Positions 48,837 through 63,440 of a stretch of DNA of 64,000 nucleotides are shown here, piece by piece. The stretch comes from Octopus sinensis (lineage: Eukaryota). The translations under genes were made by a program, and so were the position numbers. Position 1 is the stretch's first letter. Each line of letters begins with the position of its first letter. Location: NCBI RefSeq assembly GCF_006345805.1, contig NC_043009.1:21390001-21454000 (forward strand), given 5' to 3'. The notes beneath the pieces were generated by a model. The model made no database searches. It had not been told where the DNA came from and worked only from the letters and a program-made list of their open reading frames with translations.

Positions 48837-51800
48837 TGGACTGTTATTATGTCTACTCCAGTATAGCAGTATAGCTAGTTAGACAAGTAAGACATGACTA
48901 TCTATGTCTGACTTCTTGACATCACAGTATTTGTAACCACCTGCCATACCAGTTATCATGTGAGAGGGGTGTTCCAGTATTATTATTATTATCCCCACAA
49001 CAACTCCCCTTGTAAGTTTTTCTTTTTTCTTAGGGAGTGTAATTTTATTTCTTTTTATTAACAATAGTTATTAATTCACCCCACCTCCCTTTTTTGAGTT
49101 TTTTTTTATACAGTTACAAATTTAGTATTTTTTTCATTTGGCATAAACTTCCAGGAACTCCATACATTTTCTTTTTTATTCACTTGTGCATCTGGGTTAA
49201 ATTATTTGTAGTGGCATTGATAGTTGAAAAGTACCTTATAACCATTCCATTAGTTCTTCCATTCTCTTCGGTTTGCTCTCAGTGAATCTGTTTTTTAGTT
49301 GATTTATGTCTCTTTTCTTCCTTTTACCAAGTATTAGCATTTTTCCTATGCGTTTGGCAATCATGCCATCTTCCCAACTTTGTTTTCCATTCTTATATGC
49401 CCTAACAAATACATTTTCACCAATTTTGAAATATCTTACTGTATTATCCATTGCAATTTTTCTTTTCTTCCTAGCTAGTAATTTGTCCAAGACTGATTTC
49501 ATTTTCCTTGTTAGCATAAGCTACACTGGTGGCATACTTGCTGGTGTGTTTGGATTTGATATCACACAATATACTCTTAAGAATTGTTGTAGAGCTACCT
49601 CATCTGTGACTTCCTTATTCAACTTTCTTAGGGCTCTCTTGAACATATTAACAAAGCGTTCTACTTGTCCATTAGATCTGGAATGGTATGGCATAGTAGT
49701 TACATTTTACAAAACTTTTTAAACTCAAAAGACACAAATTGCATTCCATTGTCAGACTCTATCATGTCTGGGATTCTTGTGTAGAAAGTTTGTTGTATTT
49801 GAGGAGGTTGGCTTTTTACATTTACAAATTTCTGGCCATTTAAAGAAACTCTGCTACCACTAAAGGACCAGCGAAATTGATGTGTAGTTTCAACTACGGA
49901 ACATCTACTTTTGGCCAAGGTTCACTTTTTATTGTCGCTAGTACACATTCTCTGTAGCCTTTCACTAAATTTTTGATTTCTCTATCCATTTTTGACCAGT
50001 ACATGTAGCTATGCATTAAAGTTTTCAGGTATTACTACTCTCTGTGCATACACCAGTAAGCCATCACAAATTGAGTATAGGCTCATATTTTGGTTTTGTT
50101 TCATGCCAATCCTGTTCCTATTTACTTTTCCTGTTATGATTTTCATTTCTGTTATGATTTGTCCTTTTTCACTATGTGTGTTGGTATTCCTTTTTTAGGA
50201 CCATATATTGACAGTAGTGGGCGATGATCTGTTTGTAGATAGAAACTTCTTCCATGAATAAATCTCTGGAATTTTTTCATACTAAATATAATTGCTAATT
50301 CTTCCTTTTCTATTTGGCTCTAGTTCCTTTCTGCTGGTAATAATGATCTGATGCATTATAGCCTTGTTACTCCCATTAACATATTTGTGCAGAAGCACAA
50401 CTCCTACACCATAATCACTTGCTTCTGTAGCCAATATAATATCCAGCTTTGGATCAAAATGCATTAATGATCAAGTTTGATATTAAAAGGATTTTTAATT
50501 CATCAAATGCTTTCTGGCACTTATAAGTCCAGCACTATTTTGCATTTTTCTTTAACAGATCATTGAGCAGGGCCCTTGCATAGTGTATATTGGGAATATA
50601 AATTTGGTAGTAATTTACTAATCTCAAGAATGCTTGTAGCATAGTCACATTATTTGGCATGAGCATATTTTTTATTGCAGTTGTTCTGGATTGATTCAGT
50701 TTCCATCCATTTTTATCTACTATCTGACTCAAGTAGTTAATTTTTCTCAGAAAGAACAAGCATTTTCTTCACTTAACTTATTCTCTTATCTTTTCAAATA
50801 CCCTTTTTACATGTTCTACATGTGATTCACTTTTTATTAGTATTTTGTGTTGATAGGTGATAGCTAAATCACTGTCCACCAGCATTGTATCCATTACTTG
50901 TTGAAATCTGGAAGGGACTACTTTTACACTAAAGGGAAGCTGCTTAAATCTAAATAAGCCATGGTATATATTAATGGCTAATAAGTGTGAGCAAGAGACT
51001 TACTCTCTTTACTCCAAGTAGAACTTGGATTTGTAAATATGCCTCCGAGAGGTCTAATTTTGAGAAAAATTTCCCTCCATTCAATTTTGCAAACACTTCC
51101 TCAGGACTTGGCAATGGCTGGTTATGTGAGATTGAACAATCATTCAACTCCATTGAAAAATCTGCACAAATTCTTATTATTCTTTTTTACGTAGACCATA
51201 GCCGCTGCCCAATCTGATTGGTCTGTCTTCTCAATAATTCCTATGCCTTTCAAGTCTTTCAAGCTCCTTATTTACCTGTTCTAATGCTGCGAATGATACA
51301 TTACATTTTGGCTTAAATACAGGTGTTGCACTTTTTTATTCAGTTTTTGCCTTAATTTTTGTGCAGCAGCCCAGTTTCTCTGAGAAAACATCTGGAAATA
51401 AATGTCTTATTTTTCATTTCAATCCCTCAGCTGCATTCAGACCTTTGATTCAACCGATTATATTCTCACACTTATGGGTGTTTTCCTCAATTTGAACATT
51501 TCCATCCACTCTGTGCCAAATAGATAAACTGAATTTTTTAACACATACTTTTGGTGTTTTCATTTGGTCACGAAATGTCACATTACACAGAAATTCACCT
51601 ACAAAATACAATCTTTTACCTATAACACTATGTGCTACTTTTGTAAATTTACTTAATTTTGGCTTACACATATACTTCCAAGTTTCTTCATTCACAATGA
51701 TGATATCACTTCCAGTGTCTAACAGCATTTTTAATCTTATATTTTCAATTTTCACATTTACGAATGTCTTCTTTATCACATTACCATTTTTTTCAATGGC

Positions 51801-53356
51801 ATCTTGTTTATTTTTTTCTTTGTTTTAACATTTTATCATCTTGGTTTTACAGTGTGCTTTTACATGTCCAGTTTCTCCACAAAAGAAGCATTCCACCTTC
51901 TTAAATGGACAGTTTTTTCTCAGATGTTGACCTCCACATGCAAAATATGGATTTGTTTTCTGATTTTTGTCCTGTTTATACTGTATTTTAGTACACAGTT
52001 GATTTCTATTCTGCCTATTTCGCACTTGTTTCACTTGGCAGCAATTTTCTCTGTATCATGTCTTAAATTTATTATTCTTTCTCACTCTTCTGATACTTGT
52101 TATAAGGTTACAGCTTGGTTTTCTTCCAGCTCAATGAGAATTCTTCTTCTTACTTCTGTGTCTTTTTCTGCAGTTAGTCCCTGAGTAAATATCAGGCACT
52201 TGAACCATATCTGGCATTAATTCATCCAGTTTGAACTTTTCACATTTTCTGTTAACTCTGTCAGCATATGTGATATATTCCTCCTCATTGTTCTTTTTTA
52301 GGTTCAAACATTTCCAGTATATATTGAACAACAAGCTTTTCTCGCTTAAAATTTTACATAATATGTCTAGTTTTTCTAAAATTTATGTCAGGTTTTTCAG
52401 GGGCACATAATTGCTGGAATGCTCATGTCCTCCTGCTGCCAGTTTCCTTAGGATTAGACACATTTTCATATTGTCATCCTAATCTTTGCACTCTTTATTG
52501 AAGATCTCTTCGTATCTTGTATAGTATGCCTCAAAGGTAACTCCTTTGTCAAGTTCATACTTAAACTCCATTACTGAGTTTGCAGCATAATCTGGCAAGA
52601 ACATCTTTACAGCATTTTTGGATGACTTACTCTCTTTACTGTTTTACTTGTTTCGGTTATTTGACTGTGGCCATGCTGGAGCACCGCCTTTAGTCAAGCA
52701 AATCGACCCCAGGACTTATTCTTTGTAAGCCTAGTACTTATTCTATTGGTCTCTTTTGCCGAACCGCTAAGTTACGGGTATGTAAATACACCAGCATCGG
52801 TTATCAAGCGATGTTGTGGGGACAAACACACACACACACACACATATATACGACGGGCTTCTTTCAGCTTCCATCTACCAAATCTACTCACAAGGCTTTG
52901 GTCAGCCTGAGGCTATAGTAGAAGACACTTACCTAAGGTGCCATGCAGTGGAACTGAACCTGGAACCATGTGGTTGGTAAGCAAGCTACTTACCACACAG
53001 ACACTCCTACGCCTTTATTACTGTTCAGTAATAGCAACATTTGTTGATGTAATAGTAATTGTTATTGTTCTTGCAGTTGTTACTGTAATAGTAATTGTTG
53101 TTTTTCTTGCAATAGTAACTGTTATTGTTGTTGTTGCTGCTGTTGTTGCTACTGTTGTTGCTGTTTTTGCAACTCAAGCAAACCCACCAACAAATCTTCC
53201 ATAATTTTACGCTTTTGTATACCATAAAATTTGCACAGAAATCTTTTGTGAGTTTGCTTAATCCTCATGAGTTTGTAATTCAACTTTGGACTGTTATTAT
53301 GTCCACTCCAGTATAGCAGTGCAGTTAGCTAGACAAGTAAGACATGACTATCTATG
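48837..53356 (-). mobile_element. Decayed Gypsy LTR retrotransposon
   Basis: 70-bp terminal direct repeats (48837-48906, 53287-53356); poly-Q gag start, CCHC knuckles, LLDTGSD protease, RT (FSKLDLSEAY), RNase H and integrase (SDNGMQF). Confidence 0.92.
52627..53014 (-). mobile_element. tRNA-derived SINE inserted in the Gypsy gag
   Basis: Head with a B-box-like GGTTCAGTTCC, internal (TG)n and a purine-rich tail; partial copies near 18540-18790 and 31830-31930. Confidence 0.85.
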
Positions 53357-54951
53357 ATCAACTATCCCAACTTTCATTTATACTTCATATCATTTCATGG
53401 TATGAAGTCTAAATCTTATCATAAGACTGATAAACCAACTTGTACTGTCATAAGAAGTAAAACATATGAACTGGATAATGTTGTGTGAGATATGTCTGAT
53501 TAAAAGATGGGATGTCACAGCTAAAATGGATTTTATCACAGGTCTGCTGCATCTTGGTAACTTTTGAAAGTTTGTGTCAGTAAATAGTATGCACATAAAG
53601 TAGAAATTTTTTGTCATAAGGAAAAGAAGTCTAACAATAGTGTATGGTGGTTGTTGTCATTGGGTGTGCTGTGACACTAACCATACTATGACTAACATTA
53701 GTATTACTCTAATTAAGCATACAAACTGTGTATTTCTATTTAAAATACAGGATCCAAAATGTAAATAATGTAAACTAAATTCAATTGAGATATAGATATA
53801 TGGCACTAAAGTAAACTGAATTAATAATACCCTATAAATTGTAAGCATTTGAAAATAAGCCATAATTTTCTTATGTGCACACACTGAAAAATAAGAAACC
53901 ATATAATTTTACTTATTCAAATTACTTATATGTAAGTTCTATTCTTCTTCTTTGAGATGTAAAATGTTTGATAGCATCATCATACAGTGAACCACTTTAT
54001 TATTAGTTTTGAAAACAAATTAAGATCAAAGTTATATGATGATGTAAGAAAAAAATTATTGTAAAAAAAATTACTTTTCGCTACAAAAACGAACATGCAA
54101 CCATGCTGTCAAAGCTGTTGCACATCCTTTGCCATTAATTTTTTGCCATTCTCCCATTATCCTACAATATACCCAGTACCATATTATTATACAATGCTCT
54201 GTGAGGTGTGCATTGTTTTTTCAGGACACCTGGCGCCAAATTTCAAGCAGGGGTATAACAAAAGTTTTCCATTATGAGTAAGGTTAATACTGAAAATGAA
54301 TTTGCCATTTGCACCCAGAATATATGTCCCTAAAGTCTAACATTTTAGGTAGCACCTTCAACTGAAAATTAATGTAACATGGGTGGCTTTACCCCAGGGA
54401 TCTGATACTATTCCAGAAAGCTAAGTTGAGCTGAAGCAATGTAGAATATAATTTTCTGACCCAGAAACACAATGACTACTTACTAGTAGCAGCAGATCTT
54501 AATTCATAATCTATAAGCATGTAATCCATGTAATCCTCATTTATTGGGCCATAATCTGAACTAGAAATCTATTTACTCAAAATAATATTTTGGTTTTAGA
54601 ACTTGAGCAAAGAATGTTAATGAAGGTAAAGAATTGTGTTTGAGATGAGTGTGTGTGTAGTTGAGTTTGCATCCATATATGTTGTTAGTCAACCTCAGGT
54701 CAACTCTAATTTAGTAGACCTATGATCATGCCTATGTTTAAGCTGTTATTATCCTGTCTTTTATCCAGACAGTGTGTGTAGGACTAGTTTATCCAGTACG
54801 TTTGATTTGGGATGTGATTTGAAAGATTTAGTTGCTGCTTCTAGCAGTTGAGCTTATGTGTGTTTGTGTTTTGTGAGGTGTGACAATGTGTTGACCTATC
54901 ATATAGAATAATGTAAATATCTATCATTTCCACTATAATATATTTTTACAG

Positions 54952-55020
54952 ATGTTAAACAATGTCACAAGATCAGGAAGACATGTTCGAAGTGCCTTTA
55001 ATTCCAGAGCCACTTGTTAT
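54952..55020 (+). CDS. DCAF17: DCAF17 exon: MLNNVTRSGRHVRSAFNSRATCY
   Basis: tatttttacag acceptor and gtaagt donor; resembles human LTVTASGRVVKKSFN. Confidence 0.88.
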
Positions 55021-55938
55021 GTAAGTAATCCATACCTTTGACAAATTTTTCATTTACATGTCATCGTAATTACAATTCTATAGTAAAAGTTGACAGCTAG
55101 ATATCAGAGAAGCAGCCATGGTGGGGTACACTTGTGCTCTATTTAGGGTCAATGATCCACGATTGAAATTATTGTAGAAATAAATGAGTCTGTTTAATGG
55201 TACATTCTTTATCTGATTTCAGTAACTGGACTGCCATACTGAAGCACAGCTCCGAATGGTTTCAGTATGGTACTTACTTTATCAACAACTTTTTATTAAA
55301 TGGCTAAATTAGCTTTTGATGAAAAGGTAACTCAATTGTTCATATATATATATATATCATACAATGGGTTTCTGAACAGTTTCTGTCTATCCAATTTTAC
55401 TCACAGAGAAAAAATATGAGGAATTGTATTGCTTAGTACAAGAAGTATGATAATGTAATTTTCTTCATGTCAGTCATGTAATTTTCTTCATGCCATATGA
55501 GAATAGAGGAAGATTCTTCTGGTCTTCTAGCAGGTTAAGTGACCATACAGAAGTCTGTTATTGGCTGAAATGGTCATGTGTTGTGCGGATGTTTGTGCTC
55601 CACTTAGTGTTAACAACTGTTCAGGATTGAAAGTGCTCTAGTAGCAATTGTTTAAGTCTAGCTCAGCACCAATCTAGCAGCCATGTGATGAAAACCATTC
55701 TACCTCTGACTATTTGTATTTTAATCAGACTATCTCACACTACTTTATCTGATATGTTATTTCTTCTTTTTAAGACAGTAGTATTTTGAGGGGAAAACTG
55801 ACTGTTATTTCTAGTAGATTGTTACTTACTTTGTTAGTCTCGTCTCATTTATTCATTCATTTGTTGTTTGGTTATTTACTTATTCAGCCATCCATTCTTT
55901 CTGTCATTCAAACGGTTAATTTTTCCTCTCCCTTACAG

Positions 55939-56112
55939 CAAAGTACAGTGAATGATGTTATCTATGACTCTGAGTTGGATACTTTTGCCATTCTAACACA
56001 AGACCAGAATGACTGCTTCTCTTGCAATTTGAACACTCGAATCAGGATTTATGATAATGAGACCTGTGATCAGCTTGGTGAGATCAAAATAGACCTTCCA
56101 ACAGATGAGGTG
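55939..56112 (+). CDS. DCAF17: DCAF17 exon: QSTVNDVIYDSELDTFAILTQDQNDCFSCNLNTRIRIYDNETCDQLGEIKIDLPTDEV
   Basis: ttttcctctcccttacag acceptor and gtg|gtaagt donor; resembles human ETFKIVDYEDELDLL. Confidence 0.9.
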
Positions 56113-57830
56113 GTAAGTATCATATAACTCTTGTGTTTTGCTCTCTGTTGCTTTCATACATATATCCATACACCATTAGGTGACTTATAAGAGACCTAGA
56201 TAAACTAGAAACAAAATTCTGACAAAACAAATCTGTAGCCTTATCTTGAGGTTTTAGTTGTTACTTTTTGCAGTATTACTTATATGTATCTTTTTGCAGT
56301 ATCTATTTTCCTTGTTTGTTTGAGTAAAATTTTGTTATTGTTTAGCTTATGTGAACCCTGATCTAGTAGACCTCTTATCAAAAGCTTTCCAGCTATGATA
56401 CCCCTACCAATTTATACATTGCTGTTTCTTCCATTTTCCTTTTTAAGATGGTAGGAAGATTTGCTTGCTTTTTTAAAGAGGTCAAGTGACCCAACAGAGG
56501 CTCCTTTGATTTTACAGATGGATGATCTTTCTACCTGTAACCACTCAGTCATAAAGTAGAGAATAAGTAATCAGAGATTCCATCTGCAAGAAAATCAATA
56601 TTTAATGAATACAATGTATTGCACTAAAAATCTTGTTAGAAATATTAATGTGGTAAGGTGATGAGAACATTAACTCATCGATATACCATGCTTTCTGAAA
56701 TGTAATTTTATGGAATGCTTTGCTAAAAAGATTTAATAAAAACAAAATATGTCTGCAGTTGTCTCTTATACTTGCTGAAATTATGAATTTATACTAGTAA
56801 CTGAGCTGATGCTCTTATTTCATCGTTGCATTGGTGTTTCTAATTCGAATTTGTTATTCCCTGCATTAAATGTATCCACCCCTACTTCAGTGTTGTTTTA
56901 CACCAGTCAGGCAGACATGAGCAGAATTGTGTTGCCATACACTGTTTAGAGGTGGCACACCACAATGGTTATTGTTTTATTGGTTTGAAACTCACAACAA
57001 TCATGTGGTCTGTTATCCAACACCTTATTCTCCTCACTAAAGAGGTTCATCGCTTTATCATAAATTGATGAGGATTACTATACATTAGTTAATGGTGTGA
57101 AACAAATCTCAATTCTTTGAGATGTGTTATATGCTGTATCATCATTATCAACAACATCCAATTTCAAACTCTGAGTGTGAGTTGGATTAAGTGCATATCT
57201 TTTCTTTGTTTGTTTCACTCAATTGGCATCTCTGATGACTAGTATCATAAAATTTGTCCACACTACCACTGCCTCTGAGTGGTTTCTCACTCCAACAGAA
57301 ACAACAGCCAAATATCCTTCACATCACATTCTATAATTTTTAAAAAGAGGAGACATGTAGTATGCAAGATATCGACAATCATTATTGGTATCAACAGAGA
57401 GCTTTTGATGGCAACATGCCTTTGATCATTTGTCTGCTCCATTGATAGCTAATGTAGGCTAAACAACCACTCCATTCTTTTCTTTAATTTTTCTCTTCCA
57501 TGAGTAACCTCATAGTATAGCAATTTTTTCATTCAGTATTTATCACCCATTATATCAGATATCCATATGTATGAGTAGTCTCCTCTGCGTTCATCAGCTG
57601 ATGAGAAGCTTCATTAGAAACTGATACTCTCGGGCCCCAAATAATGGCAGGTGGGTGGAATAAGCAGGTTGGTTGGGCATTTGTTTAAATTCATATACGC
57701 AGGTGGGTTGGAATAAACAGGGGCGAGTGGAAAATCGGTAATTGTATAATAATAAAAGTATAAAATTTTAAAATTTTCTAGGTTATCTCCCTTGATTTAA
57801 AAAAAAAAAAAAGTTATTTACTGAGATATA

Positions 57831-59062
57831 TCAGGTCATCCCATAAGTTCTGTCCGATTTTACCTTTTTTAAAATTGAATGAAATAGTATTTTAGATTGT
57901 CTAATGGAATTAAAAATTATTTTTATGCATTTATGTACATTTAAACTAATTAAATGTTATTTTACAGAATAATAGAATTAAAATTTCTTTGATTAAAGCC
58001 CTTTCTAACATGAAGCATATGAGGCACATAATGCTTTATGATTACAAAAAAGGAAACTCTGCAGCTGACGTGACTCGAAACATACACTCAATTTATGGGA
58101 AAGAATGCTTGAATGAAAGAACTTGCAGAAGATGGTTTGCAAAATTCAGAAGTGGAGATTTCAGCTTTGGAGATGAAGGTCAAACAGGACGTCCATTGAA
58201 GAAAATCCTGCATTATCAGTTAAAGAATTGGCAATAAAGCTTAGTTCAAACCATACAACTGTTCATCTTCATCTTCAACAACTTGGAAAGATTCCTAAAC
58301 TTGGAAAATGAGTATGTCATGAATTGTCCAAAAGCAACCACAAATCCCAAGTTGACATCTGTTCTTCTCTCCATTCTTGCGAACTCATTTCACCCTTTTT
58401 GGATAGACTTATGACTGGTGATGAAAAATGGATCTTCTATCGAAATGTCAAACTATGTAAACAGTGACTTGGTAAAAGGGAAAAAGCTCAACCACAACCA
58501 AGAAAGGAACTTCATGGAGAAAAGGTTCTCTCTATCTGGTGGAATTGCAAAAGAGTAATTCACTTTGAATTGTTACCACCTAATGCAACAATTAATGCTC
58601 AAGTCTACTATCAGCAATTAGAGCGTTTTAACCAAGCTTTGAAGAAAAACAGACCTGCTTTAGTGAATCAAAAAGGAGTGATGTTTCATCAGGACAATGT
58701 CCAACCCCACACTGCAAAGATCACATCACAGAAGATCGAAGTGCTTGTTTGGGAAAAAATTCCTCGTCCACCTTACTCTTCCAATCTTGCTCCTTCAGAC
58801 TACCATTTGTTTCGTAGATTACAGAATCATTTGGGGGACATAACTTTTGCAAGCCAGGAGGAGATCGAAACTGACATTTCAGAGTTCTTTGCTTTGAAAC
58901 CAAGAGTTCTACATTGATGGGATTAAAAAGCTTGTAAATAGATGGAAGGAAGTCATAGGTAATCAAGGAAAGTACATTGATGATTAAATTTCCATTAAAT
59001 ATAACATTTGATCACTTGTTTTCTTTAATCAAAATTCAGACAGAACTTATGGGATGACCTGA
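57831..59062 (+). mobile_element. Near-full-length mariner, 1232 bp, with a transposase pseudogene
   Basis: TIRs TCAGGTCATCCCATAAGTTCTGTC; TA on both flanks; GDEKWIFY, QDNVQPH and APSDYHLF motifs with stops and frameshifts. Confidence 0.96.
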
Positions 59063-59189
59063 TACTTGCATAGCAAGTGACCTAATCTGAGATTGTGTGC
59101 TGAAACAAAAACAATTGCAGTATGGAAGGTGTTTTTTATAAGCCATTTAAAAACACACAAAAACCTTTATATTAACTTCAACATTATTA

Positions 59190-60790
59190 GGGAAAAAGCA
59201 TCTTCAAGCATCTCCAAAAGATTCCCAGATGGCTTATTTACATCTTCTGACTCATTTTCGGCAGCTTTTTCTTCAATGTTGTTGCCATCAAATAGTTCTG
59301 AGCCTTCAATATTGTTTGCACATTTAACTCCTTTCAGTGGAATTGAATTCTTAATGATTCTCTGAATAGTATTCGGGCAGGATTTTGACATCATCTCTAG
59401 ATGAAACTCCCACATCGATGGACCGACAAGGTGCATGATTCAGTCTAACACCTTATAATCTTTAGAGCCATCGAAAGCATTTGGAACCCATGTTGACTTG
59501 AAAGCATCTTTGACATCAATCTTGCAATCTACATGTGCTTGATGTAGCATCTGCATCATCTCAGATCAATTGGGCATGGGTATTTTATTTGGATTTTGAA
59601 CTAACTTTTCTGGCATCTTTGCTTTCTTTATTTCGCAATAGTTTGCTTTCAATTGTTTGTGCAAGTGTGTGTTGTGGAACTTGAACAAATCCAGTGATAC
59701 CACTGCCGATGATGACTAGCACATAACCCCTTTTCCAGAGGGCATCTCTCACCTCCGGCATCAAATGCACCATGTTATCATTGAGCACATAAATGGCAAA
59801 GTTTGCATGTGAAAACACATTGAATCAGTTGTGTAGGTTTTCAATAGTACAGAGCAGGTGTTCTAATCTATAAGAACCTTTAGAAGACCTTTGAAATTTC
59901 ATTGTTGGCAGTAGTGGGGGTGTTTTTCCAGTTTCTTTAAATACAAACTCTGTGATAAGATTGATTTTGGTATCATTACTAACTTGGGTGAACACTGATA
60001 TGTTCCTTAGACAAATGGTAGTTTTCTTTGATGAATGCATCTTGATTTCTGAATGATGAGGTAGCTTGTCTGCTACTTTCATTTCAGTGCAAGGGCATTT
60101 GATCTCCATTGATAATAGGAAGGTCTACGCCAAATTTGTCAGAAAACAACTCACATTCCATATGTTCTTCAAATAATCCCGAATGTGCTCAACACGTTGC
60201 TCTTTGAAGATTGAAATGCATTTCCCATACTCTTTTTGCCAATTTTTCATTCAGCTCTCTGAAAAACAAAGCTTTTCCTTGGTTGGTGTGTCTGAGTGTT
60301 GGCAAATCCACTTCTCATAAAATCTCTCAGCCTGTAATAGGAAAAAGAACTTGTGGTCATCTCGCATGCAGTGATGTTCTAACATCCACAAACCAGTCAA
60401 ACAAGGCGTCTCTCATGCTTGGTGCTTTTGTTTTACAACTTTCTCCAGCGACTGAAATGTTTCTTTGGATTTTTTTCAGTACTGTCTAGTTTGCCTTTCA
60501 GATATTTTCCATAGCAGCATTTGGCTACCTTAACAGCAGAATCAAATAGTTGATCAGAGTTTTTGACACCAGCCAAATTCATGTAAAACGAACGAACTGC
60601 TTTGGCAAGATATCCCTGTTTTGGGGTGTCTGGGACATAGCATTTCCTTTTAGCATCCTAATGAGTTTTCTCTTTCATTTGCTCTAATTCAGAATCATAC
60701 TCCTCTTTGCATTTGTTCACCATGATAGCAAGTGCTTGCTTTTCTTGTATAGAATAATTTCCATATGTCAGACCATGAAATACTCTTTTC
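59190..60790 (-). mobile_element. pogo-like DDE transposase relic
   Basis: Fragments KGSYRLEH, AIYVLND..VHLMPEVRDAL, GITGFVQV and AFKSTWV; termini not found. Confidence 0.6.
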
Positions 60791-61693
60791 TCTGCCATGA
60801 TGTTATGAAAAAAGTTTAAAGAGAAATTACTTCAGTCGTGTTGATGTTAAATCCTTATTCTGTAAAAAGCTTGTCCTGTAAGGATAAACAGTTTGTCATT
60901 GAAGTTCTTAGTTTGCATTGAATTTATGTTGGTGATTGGTAGAGAAATCGTAGAGAAATTGAAAATGAAGATTTGTTGACTACAGTGTGGAGTAGCAGTA
61001 AACTCACGCATATATTACAAACTTGGGCAGTTGTCCAGCGTCAAGTTTTTATAAACTCTGGTTGGTTGTCAAGCATATTTTCTGACAGCAATATCCTTGT
61101 TTTCTATGTGTCCTGAAGCAGATGTGTTGTGTCTAGAAATGATTGATCTTCTTCGGGTTGAAGGCTATCAATGCCCTAGAATGTTGAAGGTTCACCCACA
61201 TGAATATTAGCTATATATACTTGAATAAATATTTTCGTTCCATGCGTTATGAAAACAAATAAAACACTTCAGGTTTTCTTCCCATTCCTGTCATCTGTTT
61301 TTTTTTTCTCTCATGTTGATTCACAATCTATGTCAGTCAAAATAATAATGAATTCCCCAGAGTTTTTTGTTTTTTACTAATAACAGGAGTTAATTTAATT
61401 GACTTTCCCCTTCCCTTTAAATTGCTGGCCTTGTTTCTAAGCATTGGGCAACATGTCTTGCAGCATAGAGTTATGGCCATTACATTCTGAGTTCAATCCT
61501 GCTGAAGTTAGCTTTACCTTTCATCCCTATGGAGTTGATAAAATAAAGCACCCGTAATGTAGTGGGCCCTTTAATCCACTTGTCCCTCCCCACAAATTGT
61601 TTAAAATTTTCTAGGCTGTACAATTGACTTTTTTTTTAAAACCAGAATTAATCATTTAGTTTATATGTCCTATTTATTTTATAACCTATGGTA

Positions 61694-63066
61694 TTACTCT
61701 ATGCTGATGACCCTGCTCTAATTGCTGAGTCACTATCAGAACTAGAGAAGTTTCAGGTGTGGAATAGAATAGAAGGGCCTTAGAGTCAACCTAGCTAAAA
61801 CCAAAGTCCTAATAAGTAGGAAGGCAGGCAAACCACAAATCCCTTCAGGTAGATGGCCCTGCTCGATCTGTAGAAGAGGTGCAGGTAGAAACTCTATAAG
61901 ATGTACCCAGTGTGAGCTATGGACACATAAGAGGTGCAGCAATATCAAAGGAAGGCTAACTGGGAAGATAGTTTTTGTATGTGGCAGATGCTCAGGAGCA
62001 ATAAACACTGGAAATGTACAGAGTACAATTTCCGCCACATTCCAGGAAGAAAAACTAGAAGTAGTTGACAGCTTCCATTACTTAGGTGACTAAGTCAGTA
62101 GTGGGGGAGGGTGTGCTGAAAGTGTATCTGCTAGAATAAGAATAGCTTGGGCAAAGTTCAGAGAGCTCCTACCTCTGCTGGTAACAAAGGGTATCTCGCT
62201 CAGAGTAAAAGGCAGACTGTATGACGCATGTGTACGAGCAGCCATGCTACATGGTAGTGAAACATGGGCCGTGACTGCTGAGGACATGTGTAAACTTGCA
62301 AGGAACAAAGCCAGTATGCTCTGCTGGATGTGTAATGTCAGTGTGTACCTAAGAAGCATCAGATGTGGTGTGCAAGAGAGACGACTGCACTGGTATGGTC
62401 ATGTGATAAGGATAGTTGTGTGAAAAAGTGTCACACCCTAGCGGTTGAGGGAACCTGTTGAAGAGGTAGACCCAGGAAGATCTGGGATGAGGTGGTAAAG
62501 CACAACCTTTGAACATTCGGCCTCACCGAGGCAATGACTAGTGACTGAGACTTTTGGAAATATGCTGTGCTTGAGAAGACCCGGCAAGTCAAGTGAGACC
62601 ATAACCCATAGCCTATGCTAGTGGTGTAACCAGCCCACTTATGCATACCTTTCCTTCACTGGACACTAAACTCTGCTTGTGAAGACATGTTGAAGCAAGT
62701 GAAATCAAATTCTATGACTGGCATCCGTGCTAATGGAGCACTAAGAGCACCATCCGAGCGTGATTGTTGCCGGGGCTGCTGACAGGCTCCCGTGCCGGTG
62801 GCATGTAAAAAGCACCATTCAAGCATGATCGTTACCTGCATCACCTTACTGGCACTTGTGTCGGTGGCACATGAAAAACAACATTCAAGCGAGGTCATTG
62901 CCAGTGCCGCTGGACTGGTTCCTGTGCAGTTGGTATGTAAAAAACACCATTTTAGCATGGCCGTTGCCACGTAAAAGCACCCACTAAACTCTTGGAGTGG
63001 TTGGCATTAGGAAGGGCATCCAGCTGTAGAAACTCTGCCAGATCAGATTGGAGCCTGGTGCTGCCA
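61694..63066 (+). mobile_element. 5'-truncated RTE with internal deletions
   Basis: Starts at LYADD; QIPSGRWPCSIC; UTR modules present; no tail. Confidence 0.92.
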
Positions 63067-63440
63067 TCTCGTCGATAAATTAAGTACCAGTTGTGTACAG
63101 GGGTCAATCTAATCAACTGGGCCCCTCCCCCAAAACTTCAGGCCTTGTGCCTAGAGTAGAAAAGAATATTGTTTGAGAGAAATTTGAAGAAATTACTAGC
63201 AAGTTCAGCAACCATGTGAAGGTTCCTCATCAGTTCAGGTGGAAATAAATGATTCATGACGGATGGACCAAGTGATGGATAGGAAAAGGTGGACCAGGTG
63301 AAAATTGCTTCTGTATTGAAAGCAGAATTTCTGATTCTATTTTCTTTGTTACGTTTCTTTTAATTTGCATCAACTCTCATGGCCAATACCATGTTGGAGT
63401 ACTGCCTTTATGTTTTCAATTTTTTTTTTCTGTGTTTCAG

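Noticed and set aside
52938-53316. Low-complexity ORFs (poly-V/I, poly-L, poly-N)
   Set aside because: They are alternative frames of the CAA-rich Gypsy gag start.
57597-57630. CTGATGA-GAAGCTTCATTA-GAAAC
   Set aside because: Stem II has no loop or proper closure, and there is no stem I/III or NUH site.
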